Positions 20,406 to 31,957 of a DNA stretch of 64,000 nucleotides are shown here, in pieces (position 1 is the stretch's first letter; each line of letters begins with the position of its first letter). Source of the stretch: an uncultured Acidobacteriota bacterium (GTDB taxonomy: Bacteria; Acidobacteriota; Blastocatellia; RBC074); assembly GCA_963796275.1 (NCBI GenBank), contig CAWCKY010000006.1, positions 736,001 to 800,000 on the forward strand, given 5' to 3'. The position numbers and the translations under genes are program-made. The notes below the pieces were generated by a model. That model searched no databases, was not told where the DNA came from, and was given only the letters and a program-made list of their open reading frames with translations.

Positions 20406-21794
20406 ATGATAAACGAAATTGAACACAATGAGTTGCAGGACTTTGAATATGAGATGAGACGCGATTGGGACGATCGCGCGCGGAGGAATGCCAAGTGGTT
20501 TATCAATACGTTCAAGCTTGAACAATCGGAGGCGGAATTCGATGAGACCGGGCGGCGCGATGTCGCAAGGGCGGTCCTGGACAAGCTCGACCAGATGGCG
20601 CCGAAACGCGATCCGAAGGAGTTGCGCTTCCTCGAGATCGGATGCGGCATCGGGCGGATGACCAAGTTTCTCGCCCATGCTTTCGGCGAGGTCTACGCCA
20701 CCGATGTCTCGCCCGAGATGATCGAACGGGCGCGGCAGCGTCTGACGGGGCTGCCGAATGTTCGCCTCTACGCCACAAACGGCGTCGATCTGACTGACCT
20801 TCCCGATGACTATTTCGATATAGTTTTTTCGGTCCGCGTCTTTCAACACGTTCCGAGTGCAGCGGTCATCCGCGCCAACCTCGACCACGCCTATCGCAAA
20901 CTCAAGCCGGGCGGGGTGCTGCGTTTTCAGACGAACAGCATCACGACATTCGACTTCGGAGAAATTGAAAAAGATACCTGGACGGGCGCGTCGTTCCCGG
21001 AATACGAGTTGCGTCGATTCGCCGCCGAAAACGCCGCTCATCTCATCAGCATCCTCGATGCCGGTAGCCAATATTGCTGGACGATGGTGCGGAAACCGTC
21101 CGGCCATTCCGGCAGCTACTCGCTCGCGCCACCCAAGATCGTCTGGTACGGGCGCGCCGATGATCCGCGGATCAAAAAGATCCCGACCATCGGCGATCGC
21201 GCGCACTTGACATTGATCGTCTCGGGGTTGGCCTGCGATGAGATCGACATCAATCATTTGAGCGTCGAGATCGGGGGCGAAGAGGTATTACCACAGTATG
21301 TCGGCCCTCTCCGAAAAAATTACCGCGATGCGCTTGCTTCCCAGTTTGGCGCGGCGGTCGATGAACTGACGCAGGTCAACCAGCACATCCCGACAGGCCA
21401 GATGAGCGGCACCGCCGGTGTTCAATTGCGTGTGATCAGCGGATCTGTCTCCGACCCAATCGACATCGAGTTTCACGATCCGGAACCGGTCCCACCCAGG
21501 ATCACCTCGATCTGCAATGCGTGCGATGATGGCGTCGATGTTTGCACACACGGGCCCAAGTCGGCGGTCAAAATTTTCGTTGAAGGATTGGATTTGACGG
21601 CCGACCGCGGCAATGTGCGGGTCACGTTCGGCGATCGAGTGGTGCGGCCGAGCTATGTCGGCCCCGTGCCAGCCCAACGTTTTTACCTTGTCGACGCGCA
21701 GCTTCCTTCCGATATCAAGCCTGGCCGTTTGGAGGTAAAGGTCTATTTCGGCAATCTCGCCTCAGTGGGCGTCCCGCTGGAAATTAGGCAGTAG
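20406..21794 (+). CDS. Class I SAM methyltransferase with C-terminal Ig/TIG-like beta domains
   Basis: LEIGCGIGR, DVSPEM, LKPGG; C-terminal V..SYVGP....Y.V...LP repeats. Confidence 0.8.
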   Translation: MINEIEHNELQDFEYEMRRDWDDRARRNAKWFINTFKLEQSEAEFDETGRRDVARAVLDKLDQMAPKRDPKELRFLEIGCGIGRMTKFLAHAFGEVYATDVSPEMIERARQRLTGLPNVRLYATNGVDLTDLPDDYFDIVFSVRVFQHVPSAAVIRANLDHAYRKLKPGGVLRFQTNSITTFDFGEIEKDTWTGASFPEYELRRFAAENAAHLISILDAGSQYCWTMVRKPSGHSGSYSLAPPKIVWYGRADDPRIKKIPTIGDRAHLTLIVSGLACDEIDINHLSVEIGGEEVLPQYVGPLRKNYRDALASQFGAAVDELTQVNQHIPTGQMSGTAGVQLRVISGSVSDPIDIEFHDPEPVPPRITSICNACDDGVDVCTHGPKSAVKIFVEGLDLTADRGNVRVTFGDRVVRPSYVGPVPAQRFYLVDAQLPSDIKPGRLEVKVYFGNLASVGVPLEIRQ

Positions 21795-21802
21795 GCGGTA
21801 AG

Positions 21803-21889
21803 AAGTTTTCAGTTTTCAGATTACAGATTCCAGATCACCCTCCACTAAAAACTAAAAATTAAAAACTGAAAACTGAAAACTGAAAACTA
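21803..21889. repeat. Inverted heptamer arrays (GTTTTCA / TGAAAAC)
   Basis: agttttcagttttcag ... ctgaaaactgaaaactgaaaact, ending a few nt before the next ATG. Confidence 0.85.
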
Positions 21890-21894
21890 ATCTG

Positions 21895-22671
21895 ATGCTC
21901 GCATTGGCCAACATCAATTTCGGTGATCTTACACGTGTCTGGCAGCGGAACTACGATGTCTTCATTCGTCTCTGGCGGACCGAAGTGATCGCGCCGCTGT
22001 TCGAACCGGTCTTTTCCGTGATTGGTTTCGGCTGGGGGGTAGGTTCGCTCGTCGCGGGGAAGGTGATGGGCATGCCTTATTTGACCTTCGTCGGCGCAGG
22101 ATTGCTGGCCTTCACGGCATTGCTGAGAGCTTTATTCGAATGCACCTACGGCTCATATTTTCGTATGGTCTATCAATCGACATTCGATGCCGTATTGTGT
22201 ACACCGGTCGAGGTGGAAAGCCTGGCTATGGGCGAGATCGTTTCGGGCGCGTCGAAAGCCCTGTTTAGCGGCTTATTCGTGTTAGTGGTGCTGATAGCTG
22301 TCGGCGCAGTTCAATCGCCTTATGGGATCTTGATTCCCATTATTTTGGGAATCGGCGCTTTGTGGGTCGCGGCCTTATCTCTGCTCGTAACCTCGAGAAT
22401 TCGCGACATCGATTACTTCAATTTCTACATGGCCTTCTTCTTTTCCTATCTCTGGATCTCCGGCGCCTACTTTCCGCTCGAGAGTCTGCCAAAGTTCGTT
22501 CAGCTGATTGCCTGGCTGGTGCCCATGACGAGCACGGTCGACATACTTCGACGGTTGATGATCGGGAACATCGAATGGCCGATACTCTTCGAATTGCTCT
22601 ACGTTATTTTGGCTTTTCTGGTGACAGCCGAATTCGCCTTACGGAGTCTGCGAAGGCGGTTGGTCAGTTGA
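21895..22671 (+). CDS. NodJ-like ABC-2 permease
   Basis: About 6 TM segments, FECTYGSYFRM, SGAYFPLESLP. Confidence 0.88.
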   Translation: MLALANINFGDLTRVWQRNYDVFIRLWRTEVIAPLFEPVFSVIGFGWGVGSLVAGKVMGMPYLTFVGAGLLAFTALLRALFECTYGSYFRMVYQSTFDAVLCTPVEVESLAMGEIVSGASKALFSGLFVLVVLIAVGAVQSPYGILIPIILGIGALWVAALSLLVTSRIRDIDYFNFYMAFFFSYLWISGAYFPLESLPKFVQLIAWLVPMTSTVDILRRLMIGNIEWPILFELLYVILAFLVTAEFALRSLRRRLVS

Positions 22672-22700
22672 ATGCTCGAGATACCAAGCCAGTGCAGAAC

Positions 22701-22782
22701 ATTGTTCATTTTAGATTTTAGATTGGTTGAACGGCATTTCTTCAATGACAAATCTAAAAATCTAGAATCTAAAATGAATAAT
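22701..22782. repeat. Inverted heptamer hairpin (ATTTTAG / CTAAAAT), empty counterpart of the four-helix-bundle element
   Basis: attgttcattttagattttagattggttgaacggcatttcttcaatgacaaatctaaaaatctagaatctaaaatgaataat. Confidence 0.8.
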
Positions 22783-23701
22783 GCCCGGGCTCTTTTCCCT
22801 GATACTTTGGATACGCTGCTCGAGTTCTTCCCGCACCGTGGGATCGATTTTTGTCGAGGTATTGAAATCTCGCTCGGCCATATCATGCTTGCCGAGCCTT
22901 AAATATGTCAGGCCACGGTTCCCATAAGCTAAAGCCATTTTCGGGTCAAGCTCGATTGCACGGTTGAATTCGACGATTGCGGGTTCCAACTCATTTTTGT
23001 CGAAATAGATCAATCCGACACCGTAATAGCCGGATGCCGTTCGAGGTTCGAGCGCGATAACTCTTTTGAAGTCGCTTATGGCGCCTTCGTGCTCTCCCAT
23101 CTTTCGCCGCGCCAGCCCACGATTGTAATAGGTTATTGCAAGGCTCGGTTCGATTTTGATGGCCTGATCGAAATCGGCCACGGCTCGATCGAATTTCCGC
23201 ACTTCCATGTAATAACTGCCGCGATTGTTAAACGCATCCACAAATTGCGAGTTTAGCGCTATTGCGCGGTCGAAATCATTCTTCGCAGTGTCCGCGTCTT
23301 TCAACCTGAGCCGGGATATGCCGCGATAGTTGTACGCTTCGGCCAGTCGCGGGTTGATCTTTAGTGCGGCCGTGCAATCTTCGATGGCGGCTTCAAAATC
23401 TTGCTGTAAATAATGGAGCAATCCGCGAAATGCATAAGCCGCGGAAGTGAAAGGATCGATGACCTTGATCTCTTCGCTACTCGGTGCGAGCGGATTGACG
23501 CCCGGTTTTTTCGTATTCCATGGTTGTGAGCTTAGACCGATCGCCCTGGTCAGATCGGAGGTCGCTCCATCGAGATCGCCCTTAAGATAGCGTTCATGTG
23601 CGCGACCGAAATATTCCGGGGCGGTACGCCGGGATCTGCGCTTCAATGTGAATGGCGAGGCTGAGGATAAGTAGAATCGTAAGGATAATGATTCTCCGCA
23701 T
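22762..23701 (-). pseudogene. Secreted TPR-repeat protein with a +1 frameshift just after the signal peptide
   Basis: Multiple TPRs (AYNYRG, AFNNRG, AYGNRG). GGAGAAG-ATG(23701) MRRIIILTILLILSLAIHIEA-Q is out of frame with the TPR body by one base at about 23630. Confidence 0.75.
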
Positions 23702-24006
23702 AATGCTTCTCCGTTGCTACTCATATCTACTTATTTTTACGTTAGAACGTTCACAATATTTGTAGTAAAGATGCGCGGAATGGGCCGGCCGAGACAACAT
23801 TTTTTCGCTCAGATCAAAAATTCGCGATTAATTATTATGGCGTGGATGTGTTTGTTCGGTTATGAGATAGAACGATCACAAAAGCGGGCAGTCGTTTTGC
23901 GATTTTGAAGCAACGAGCGCTGCGATCAAGACGAGAGTATCTGAAATCACAATTTGTCTACACACTCACAGCACCGACAGTCGAAACATACAAGTAGATG
24001 AATAAA

Positions 24007-25669
24007 TTATTCTTGCGCGCGTTCGATCAGTGGATTTCCCCCGTCTTTCTCCTCGGTCCCGTCTTTCCCGCCCAGCCAATTCACCTTAATTGAGGGTCTT
24101 CCGGTCACTTCCGGCGATTCCCGCCGCCCAATCAGATCTTGCCGGCCGAAGGCCAGATTTATCGCTTCCGTCAGACCGGCGTGAAAGAAAAATACCCCGC
24201 GGATGGTACCCGGCAAACCTCGAAAAACGAATTCGGCTCCGGGAGGCGGGGATGGTTCCAGTTGTTTCAACTCCATCAGGAATCTATGGGTATGCTCGCT
24301 GGTCCATTGCCATGCGCGCAGGTTATGGAACAGACCAAGGCTGAAGAGCAGGACTAAAAACAACTTGGCGCCCTCTCGTATCCTGGCATTGTCGATCCCG
24401 GCAAGTAACAGGGCGATGAAGATAGCCGCGCCAACGGAACTCAGATAGAGGACTCGTGAATTGGTCAGGCCCGAGTCTACTAAAAGCATGAAATGAACCG
24501 GGAGAGCGGCAAGTGCGATCCAGGATAGGCTGAACCAGATCACTCTCTGACCCCCCTGATTCGACGTCTTTGGCTTTCCTCCCAGTGCAACCATCAGGAG
24601 AACAGCGGCCGTCAGCGAAGCCAGAATGATAGGGACGGCGGACTGTGGCTGAAGCCAGTTGTAACCGAGTATCAGTTGAGCGGGGGCCCGAACGAACAAG
24701 CCTTCAAATGTCCCGAGACCGATGCCTAAGGCCGCAGATTGCCCATTCGAATCCTGATATCCACCGATTCCTCCCAGTACAGCCAACCGATAGCCGAAGA
24801 CCATAGCCGTGAGCACGAAAAACCCGATCGCCGGTTTGATTCGCCGATCCGGCAACACGAAGAGTTCGAGTGGAATCAGCAGTAACGGAAGCGCATATGC
24901 GCTCTCTTTGGAGAGCAGCGCGAGCGTGAAGAGGGCTAACGCGCCGAGATAAAATGCGATACGCCTGGACTTCCGAAATTTTATGTAGAGAACGATCGCC
25001 CATATCGTTAGCGGCGTGGCCAGCAGGTCGAATCTGGCCGCTATCCAAACCACGGATTCCGGATGGATCGGGAGGATAGAGAAGATGAGCGAGGCCGTGG
25101 CGGATGTTTCCAGATCGAGTCCCAGATTCTTACAAAAGAAATAGATACCCGAGGACAGCCGAAAGGTGAAGCAGGAGATTCACCATATGATATGCGGGCG
25201 GCCAGTGATGCCAGAGGCGGTAATCGAAAAATAGACTGGCAAATCCGAGCGGGCGTAGGAAGAGCCCATCCTGCCCCTGAGTCAGCAGACCCCATACGGT
25301 ATCCAGAAGAGGCCGGCGGGCGACGAACAGATGAGCGAAATCATCGCTCACAAAATAGAACGAAAGGGCAATAGCATAAATGGCGCCGCAGATAGCAGGC
25401 GCAATCAGCAACTCATACCGAGTGCACCATGCTCCAGGTCGCTCCGGTTGAGTCGATCTGTCGGCTCGCCCGTAACGCACGATTACAACCAGGAAGAACA
25501 GGGAAGAAACTATTTGAATGACATTCAGACGTGCTTTGGGGGTTTGTGCGAGAAAGAACAGGGACGTGCAAATTACTGAAGCTAATCCGGCAATCCCGAT
25601 CGAAAATTTCCCTACACTTCCTCTCCACCATGATGTAGATAGTCGATGTGAATAAACGTAGTTTGGCAA
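24007..25669 (-). pseudogene. GT-C-fold membrane glycosyltransferase-like gene split by a frameshift at about 25149
   Basis: SDDF, FLRPL, YHMVNLLLH in one frame; HPESVVWIAAR, LLSKESA in the next; removing one G at 25148-25150 joins them; 5' end degenerate. Confidence 0.7.
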
Positions 25670-25830
25670 TGGGAATATCCAAAATTATAACCAGCATAAG
25701 TATATGAAAATCAGGCCGGCTCAATATACCTCAATCGATCACCTTCAGCCAGCTTGGAGTGAGTACTCCCGTTTGGGATTCCCCATCGGGCGGCGCTACT
25801 CCGACCGACCGATGGCCCCGGAGCATTCGA

Positions 25831-26002
25831 TCATTCGTGCCTTATAGCGTCTACCGGATCTACTTTGGTTGCGCGGCAGGCGGGAATGAAGCAGGCCACT
25901 GCGGAGACCACGCCGAGCAGTATAGCCACGCCCAGATATGAGATGGTGTCGGCAGCGGTCACATCGAACAATTCCAACTGACTGCTCATCAGGCGCGCCA
26001 CG
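25831..26002 (-). pseudogene. 3' remnant of an ADOP ABC permease
   Basis: ARLMSSQLELFDVTAAD...ACFIPACRATKVDPVDAIRHE matches the C-termini of the intact permeases in this window. Confidence 0.8.
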
Positions 26003-26214
26003 CTGGGATAGATACCGATAGTCCTGAGCTTCAACATCGCCTGAATTACAAAACTCATCTCCGCCATTTACAAAAATTCCTGGTGGGAGAAGCGAAAGAG
26101 CTATCAGATGAGAAACAGGATATCGCCAAACTTCTTGGAATCAGCCGCCAAACCCTGTTTCAGTGGGAGAATGAGTGGGAAAGTGAAAACAAAAAGAGTG
26201 AGGATGAATCTTGA
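26003..26214 (+). pseudogene. 3' remnant encoding a C-terminal helix-turn-helix (Fis/resolvase-like)
   Basis: Open frame ...QDIAKLLGISRQTLFQWENEW...* without a convincing start. Confidence 0.5.
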
Positions 26215-26304
26215 ACTTATCGGGTTTTGATGTTGTAGTGTATGACAAGTTCATATTCGATTTTGCTGACCCAGGCCGGATTTTGTGGGTTAGGCATCTG
26301 GGAA

Positions 26305-26445
26305 GCGCCAGCGGCGCGGAATATTTATAGTTTTAGCAAGAAATAGCTCTCAATCTCCGCGAGGAGCGGCATCTGTGCGTGCATGCGCCGCTCGTCGAAG
26401 CTGAGACAACTTTCTATAAACGAGCATCTATAGACATTAGACATT
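26305..26445. repeat. About 150-bp double-palindrome element, degenerate copy
   Basis: gcgccagcggcgcggaatatttatag...gaggagcggcat...atgcgccgctc...ctatagacatt; homologous to 47925-48073 and 54604-54755. Confidence 0.7.
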
Positions 26446-26599
26446 CCCCCTGCTGGGCGATGGCATTGAATTAAGGCCACCAATAAACCCTTCCGGGGTG
26501 GTAGGCCTTAATTCAAAGCGATTACCCGCCGGAGCATAGCTACAAAATCCGTGGGATAGCGGTCTTCAAATTTTTCTCAACTCATCATAGGAGGCGCCT

Positions 26600-28231
<1,632 letters not shown>

Positions 28232-28241
28232 AAATCCCCAA

Positions 28242-28377
28242 TCATTTTACATTTGTCATTTTAGATTTGTAATTTTACATTGGAAGAACGTACCAGAAAT
28301 TATCTTTTATTGGGCGAGCTGTCTTTAGAGAAGAAATCGAAGCAGGAGGCACCGGATCTCACGATCTGGGCAATATG
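28242..28377 (-). pseudogene. Internally deleted, degenerate copy of the adjacent four-helix-bundle element
   Basis: 28242-28334 matches 28393-28486; 28335-28377 matches 28666-28714. Confidence 0.8.
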
Positions 28378-28392
28378 AAGTGAGAATGCAAC

Positions 28393-28912
28393 TCATTTTA
28401 CATTTGTCATTTTAGATTTGTAATTTTACATTGGAAGAACGCACCAGAAATTATCTTTTATTGGCACGAGCTGTCTTTAGAGAAGAGATAAATATTCGGC
28501 AGAGTTCTCTATTCTCTTCAAGTATACTTTTCAGCAATTTTTCATTGATCATATGGCTGCGCTCGATAATGCGAAGCCAGATAAATGTTTCATTTAACTC
28601 CTTCAGAACAATTCCGAGCTTATGGATAAAGTCGGAGTGACTTTCAGCGCCTCTCGCTTCCCCATAATTCGAAGCAGGAGAGGTACCCGATCTCACTATC
28701 TGCCCGGCAATGTGTTTTCCTGCAATTGTTTTGGGTAGACTGGCTGAAAGTTTTAGAGTGCGGACAGCGAAATTGATTAGCCGCTCTTCGAGAGCGTCGG
28801 CTTTGGTCATTCGTTCAATTTCCATTTTCTATAACTGTGGTAGGTGATAATGGGCTGGGTGGCATATTCTTCAATCTCAAATGATATATTACAAATGTAA
28901 AATGATAAATGT
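28393..28912. mobile_element. Candidate element: four-helix-bundle gene between inverted heptamer arrays
   Basis: Left arm attttac-atttgtc-attttag-atttgta-attttac-attggaagaa; right arm ttcttcaat...acaaatg-taaaatg-ataaatg; AT-rich; gene antisense to its neighbours. Confidence 0.6.
28451..28825 (-). CDS. Four-helix-bundle protein (23S rRNA IVS protein / bAvd-like family)
   Basis: QIVRSGTSPASNYGEA, ES..DFIHKL.I.LKEL.ET..WL motif pattern. Confidence 0.92.
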   Translation of the reverse strand: MEIERMTKADALEERLINFAVRTLKLSASLPKTIAGKHIAGQIVRSGTSPASNYGEARGAESHSDFIHKLGIVLKELNETFIWLRIIERSHMINEKLLKSILEENRELCRIFISSLKTARANKR

Positions 28913-30890
28913 TTCTGTTTTTAGCCTACTTCTCGCCGTTTCGATAACAACGGTGGCGCAGACAGCGGAGCGTGATATTGCAGAGTGGGTGATCCGCCAG
29001 GGCGGTGGTGTGATTCTCGCTGGCGACCGCGGGTCCATTCGAGATGTCGAGCAGCTGCCCGCCGGCGAAGTACGTATCACCGGCATCGACTTGGTTGGGA
29101 CGCTGATGGTGCCCGAGGATCTGGGAAAGATCGGCGGGCTCACCAATCTGAAGGAGCTTTACCTGCCGGGGCCCATATGGAATCCGGGAGCGGGCAGCCG
29201 CCTCGATGCAAACGAGCAATTGAAGCTCCTGGCCGGGTTGAAAAACCTCGAAAAGCTTCACTTCAGCCTTCATTTCCTGACCAACGTCAATGTGCAGGAT
29301 AAAGGGTTGGCTCACCTCACCGTGTTGGCGCAATTGCGAGAGCTGCGTTGCGCGCAATGCCGGATATCGAAGCTCAGCCTGGCGCCGCTGGCGAAATTGG
29401 AGTCGCTCGATCTTAGCCTCACCCCATTCACCGACGAGGGGATGAGGGGGCTGGGAGAATTGAAGGAGTTGCGGCGGCTCAACCTGCGCGACACGCTGGT
29501 GACTGACGATGGACTCAAGTACCTGAGCGGCCTCACGAAGCTGGAAGAGCTGGATCTCGGCGGACTGAAGCTCACTGATGCGGGATTGGCGCATCTGGCA
29601 GGTCTAACCGCGATGCGAAAGCTGAATCTGCTCAGCGCGGTGATCACGGATGTATCGGCGAATGCGTTGGCGGGTATGGTGCATTTGCGAGAGCTGAACC
29701 TTTATCGAAGCCGGCTCACGAATGCGGGCCTGGCGAAGCTCGGAACCCTGAAGGAGCTGACTAGCCTTGATCTGCGCTACAGCCGGGTGACCGGCACCGG
29801 GGTAGACACATTTCGATCTGCAGTACCGAACTGCAAGGTCAATTTCGTGAACTCGCGCATGGCCACGACGAGGAGCGCGGCGACGGACCGCCCAACGGGC
29901 ACAAGCGAAGCGGCCATTGCTGCCTGGGTGAAGTCCCTCGGAGGAAGCGTTGAGCTTTCCGGCGGACAATTGCGGGCTGTTTCTCTGTCAACGACTGGCA
30001 TCAGCGATGCCGATCTCTCATATCTCGGATCAGCCCCCAGGCTCGAGAAACTCGATCTCGAAGCGACGGAGATCGGCGATCTGGGGTTGAATGCGCTCAA
30101 GGGGCTGGCTGGCCTGAAAGTATTGAACCTCAGCAACACGACAGTATCCGACAACGGGCTGGAGAGCCTGGCCAGTCTCCAGCTGCTTCAAGAGCTGCGG
30201 CTAGCAGGCACTCTCGTTCGCGGACCCGGATTGGCCAACCTGAAGGGACTGTCCGCGCTCGTCAAGATAGATCTCACGGGAGCGCCCATCGGAAACGAAG
30301 GACTTAGGCAGATCGCCGAGATCTCAAACATCGAGCATTTAATGCTGAGTTCGACTGATATAAGCAATGACGGTTTGAAGCATCTCAGCAAGCTCGCGCA
30401 CCTAGAGACACTCGACCTGGATAGCACGGACACGAGCAACGAGGGATTGCAGTATCTGGGAGCGATTACAGGATTGAAGGAGCTTTCGCTCAACTTTGTA
30501 AGGGTTACCGACAAGGGGCTCGATCATCTGCGGCCGCTCGCAAACCTGGAACGGCTGGAACTGTTTCGCACCCGCACGAGCGGCGCCGGGGCAGCAGTCA
30601 TCGCATCGCTCAAGAATCTCACCAGTATTAATCTGGACTACACTTCGGTAAACGATCAGGCCCTGGAACTGCTTAAGGCTCTTCCTCGCCTGCAGGAATT
30701 GCGGCTTGATTCAACCGACATTACGGACGCCGGTGTCGCGGCTCTGCAGTCGATGAAGAATCTCAAGTCGCTCAATCTCTACCACACTATGATTTCGGAA
30801 AAGGGATACGAGCAGTTGAAAGCCGCTCTGCCTGCCTGCCGGATCATATTCGACCGCGATTCGTCGCAGTCGAACCGTAGAAAGAGTTAG
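28902..30890 (+). CDS. Secreted leucine-rich-repeat protein with two LRR blocks
   Basis: 24-aa repeats LxxLxLxxTxxTDxGLxxL; signal peptide (TVA-Q); start probably the second ATG (28902). Confidence 0.88.
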   Translation: MINVSVFSLLLAVSITTVAQTAERDIAEWVIRQGGGVILAGDRGSIRDVEQLPAGEVRITGIDLVGTLMVPEDLGKIGGLTNLKELYLPGPIWNPGAGSRLDANEQLKLLAGLKNLEKLHFSLHFLTNVNVQDKGLAHLTVLAQLRELRCAQCRISKLSLAPLAKLESLDLSLTPFTDEGMRGLGELKELRRLNLRDTLVTDDGLKYLSGLTKLEELDLGGLKLTDAGLAHLAGLTAMRKLNLLSAVITDVSANALAGMVHLRELNLYRSRLTNAGLAKLGTLKELTSLDLRYSRVTGTGVDTFRSAVPNCKVNFVNSRMATTRSAATDRPTGTSEAAIAAWVKSLGGSVELSGGQLRAVSLSTTGISDADLSYLGSAPRLEKLDLEATEIGDLGLNALKGLAGLKVLNLSNTTVSDNGLESLASLQLLQELRLAGTLVRGPGLANLKGLSALVKIDLTGAPIGNEGLRQIAEISNIEHLMLSSTDISNDGLKHLSKLAHLETLDLDSTDTSNEGLQYLGAITGLKELSLNFVRVTDKGLDHLRPLANLERLELFRTRTSGAGAAVIASLKNLTSINLDYTSVNDQALELLKALPRLQELRLDSTDITDAGVAALQSMKNLKSLNLYHTMISEKGYEQLKAALPACRIIFDRDSSQSNRRKS

Positions 30891-31864
30891 TGATGGTCGC
30901 CATGAAACTGGTAAATAAGACAAAAAGTTTTGGCATCTTTTGCTATTTTTTGGCCGTGTTGCCCCTTTTGACAATGTTTCCCATTTTGCCGCGTTCGCTT
31001 CCATCGACATTTAAACAAAACACTCACAAGAGCACGGACTGGGTCACTGAAGCGGGGGGCACGGTCACGCGTGACCGGATGGGACGCATCACCGGCGTAG
31101 ATCTGCGATCCAGCTGGGTTACCGATTCGGACCTGTTTCAGCTCGTCGATCTGCCTCATCTCACGCATCTCGATCTATCGTTAACGCGCATTACGGATCA
31201 TGGCATGCAGCAATTGAAGAACGCGCCGGGGATTGTGAATCTGAATCTCTACTATGCTGAGCAGATCACGGATGAAGGGCTGGCGGCGGTTAGAAGCTGG
31301 AAGAAGCTGAGGCGGCTGAATCTGCGCGGGACAAAGATCACCGACACGACGTTGGAGCACCTTGCAAATGTGACGACGCTCGAGTCCCTGGATGCCGGAT
31401 TCGCGCAGATTACCGACGTCGGATTGGATCGTCTCACCCCGCTCGTGAACCTCAAAGAGTTGGTGATTGGCGGCAACAAGCTCACGGACGCCGGTCTGCA
31501 ATCTTTGCGGCAATTTCCGGGATTGACCTCGCTGAGTCTCGGTGGATCACAGCGCACTGATTCGGGGCTGTGGTCGATCAGCCTGACCGAGTCGGGGCTG
31601 GATGCTGTCACCACGTTGAAGGAAATGCACGAGCTCAGGCTCGACGGGATGCCGGTATCGTCAAGATGGCTGGAGAAGCTGAAGTCCCTCGATAAGCTCG
31701 AGCGCCTGAGTGTGCAGGAATGCAAGCGATTGGGTGATGATGCCGCGCCGCTTCTGGCTTCCTGGCCGGCGCTGCGCATTCTGGATTTGAAGGGAACCGC
31801 CATGACGGAGAAGGGGCTGGGCGAGCTACGACGGGCGATGCCGAATGCGCGAATCTTTCATTGA
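30890..31864 (+). CDS. Leucine-rich-repeat protein
   Basis: [26 protein letters not shown] repeats; N-terminal hydrophobic segment; exact start uncertain. Confidence 0.85.
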   Translation: MMVAMKLVNKTKSFGIFCYFLAVLPLLTMFPILPRSLPSTFKQNTHKSTDWVTEAGGTVTRDRMGRITGVDLRSSWVTDSDLFQLVDLPHLTHLDLSLTRITDHGMQQLKNAPGIVNLNLYYAEQITDEGLAAVRSWKKLRRLNLRGTKITDTTLEHLANVTTLESLDAGFAQITDVGLDRLTPLVNLKELVIGGNKLTDAGLQSLRQFPGLTSLSLGGSQRTDSGLWSISLTESGLDAVTTLKEMHELRLDGMPVSSRWLEKLKSLDKLERLSVQECKRLGDDAAPLLASWPALRILDLKGTAMTEKGLGELRRAMPNARIFH

Positions 31865-31957
31865 TTTTTTCAGCGAATGAAATCCTCACCAGGCTCCAAC
31901 CCCTTCTGTGTAAAGAGCCGGAAATTTTGGGTTTAATCAGCCTGCGTTTCGTCACAG

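Noticed and set aside
28242-28825. Diversity-generating retroelement (Avd-like gene plus near-identical repeat pair)
   Set aside because: No reverse transcriptase in the window, and the differences between copies are mostly indels rather than adenine-specific substitutions
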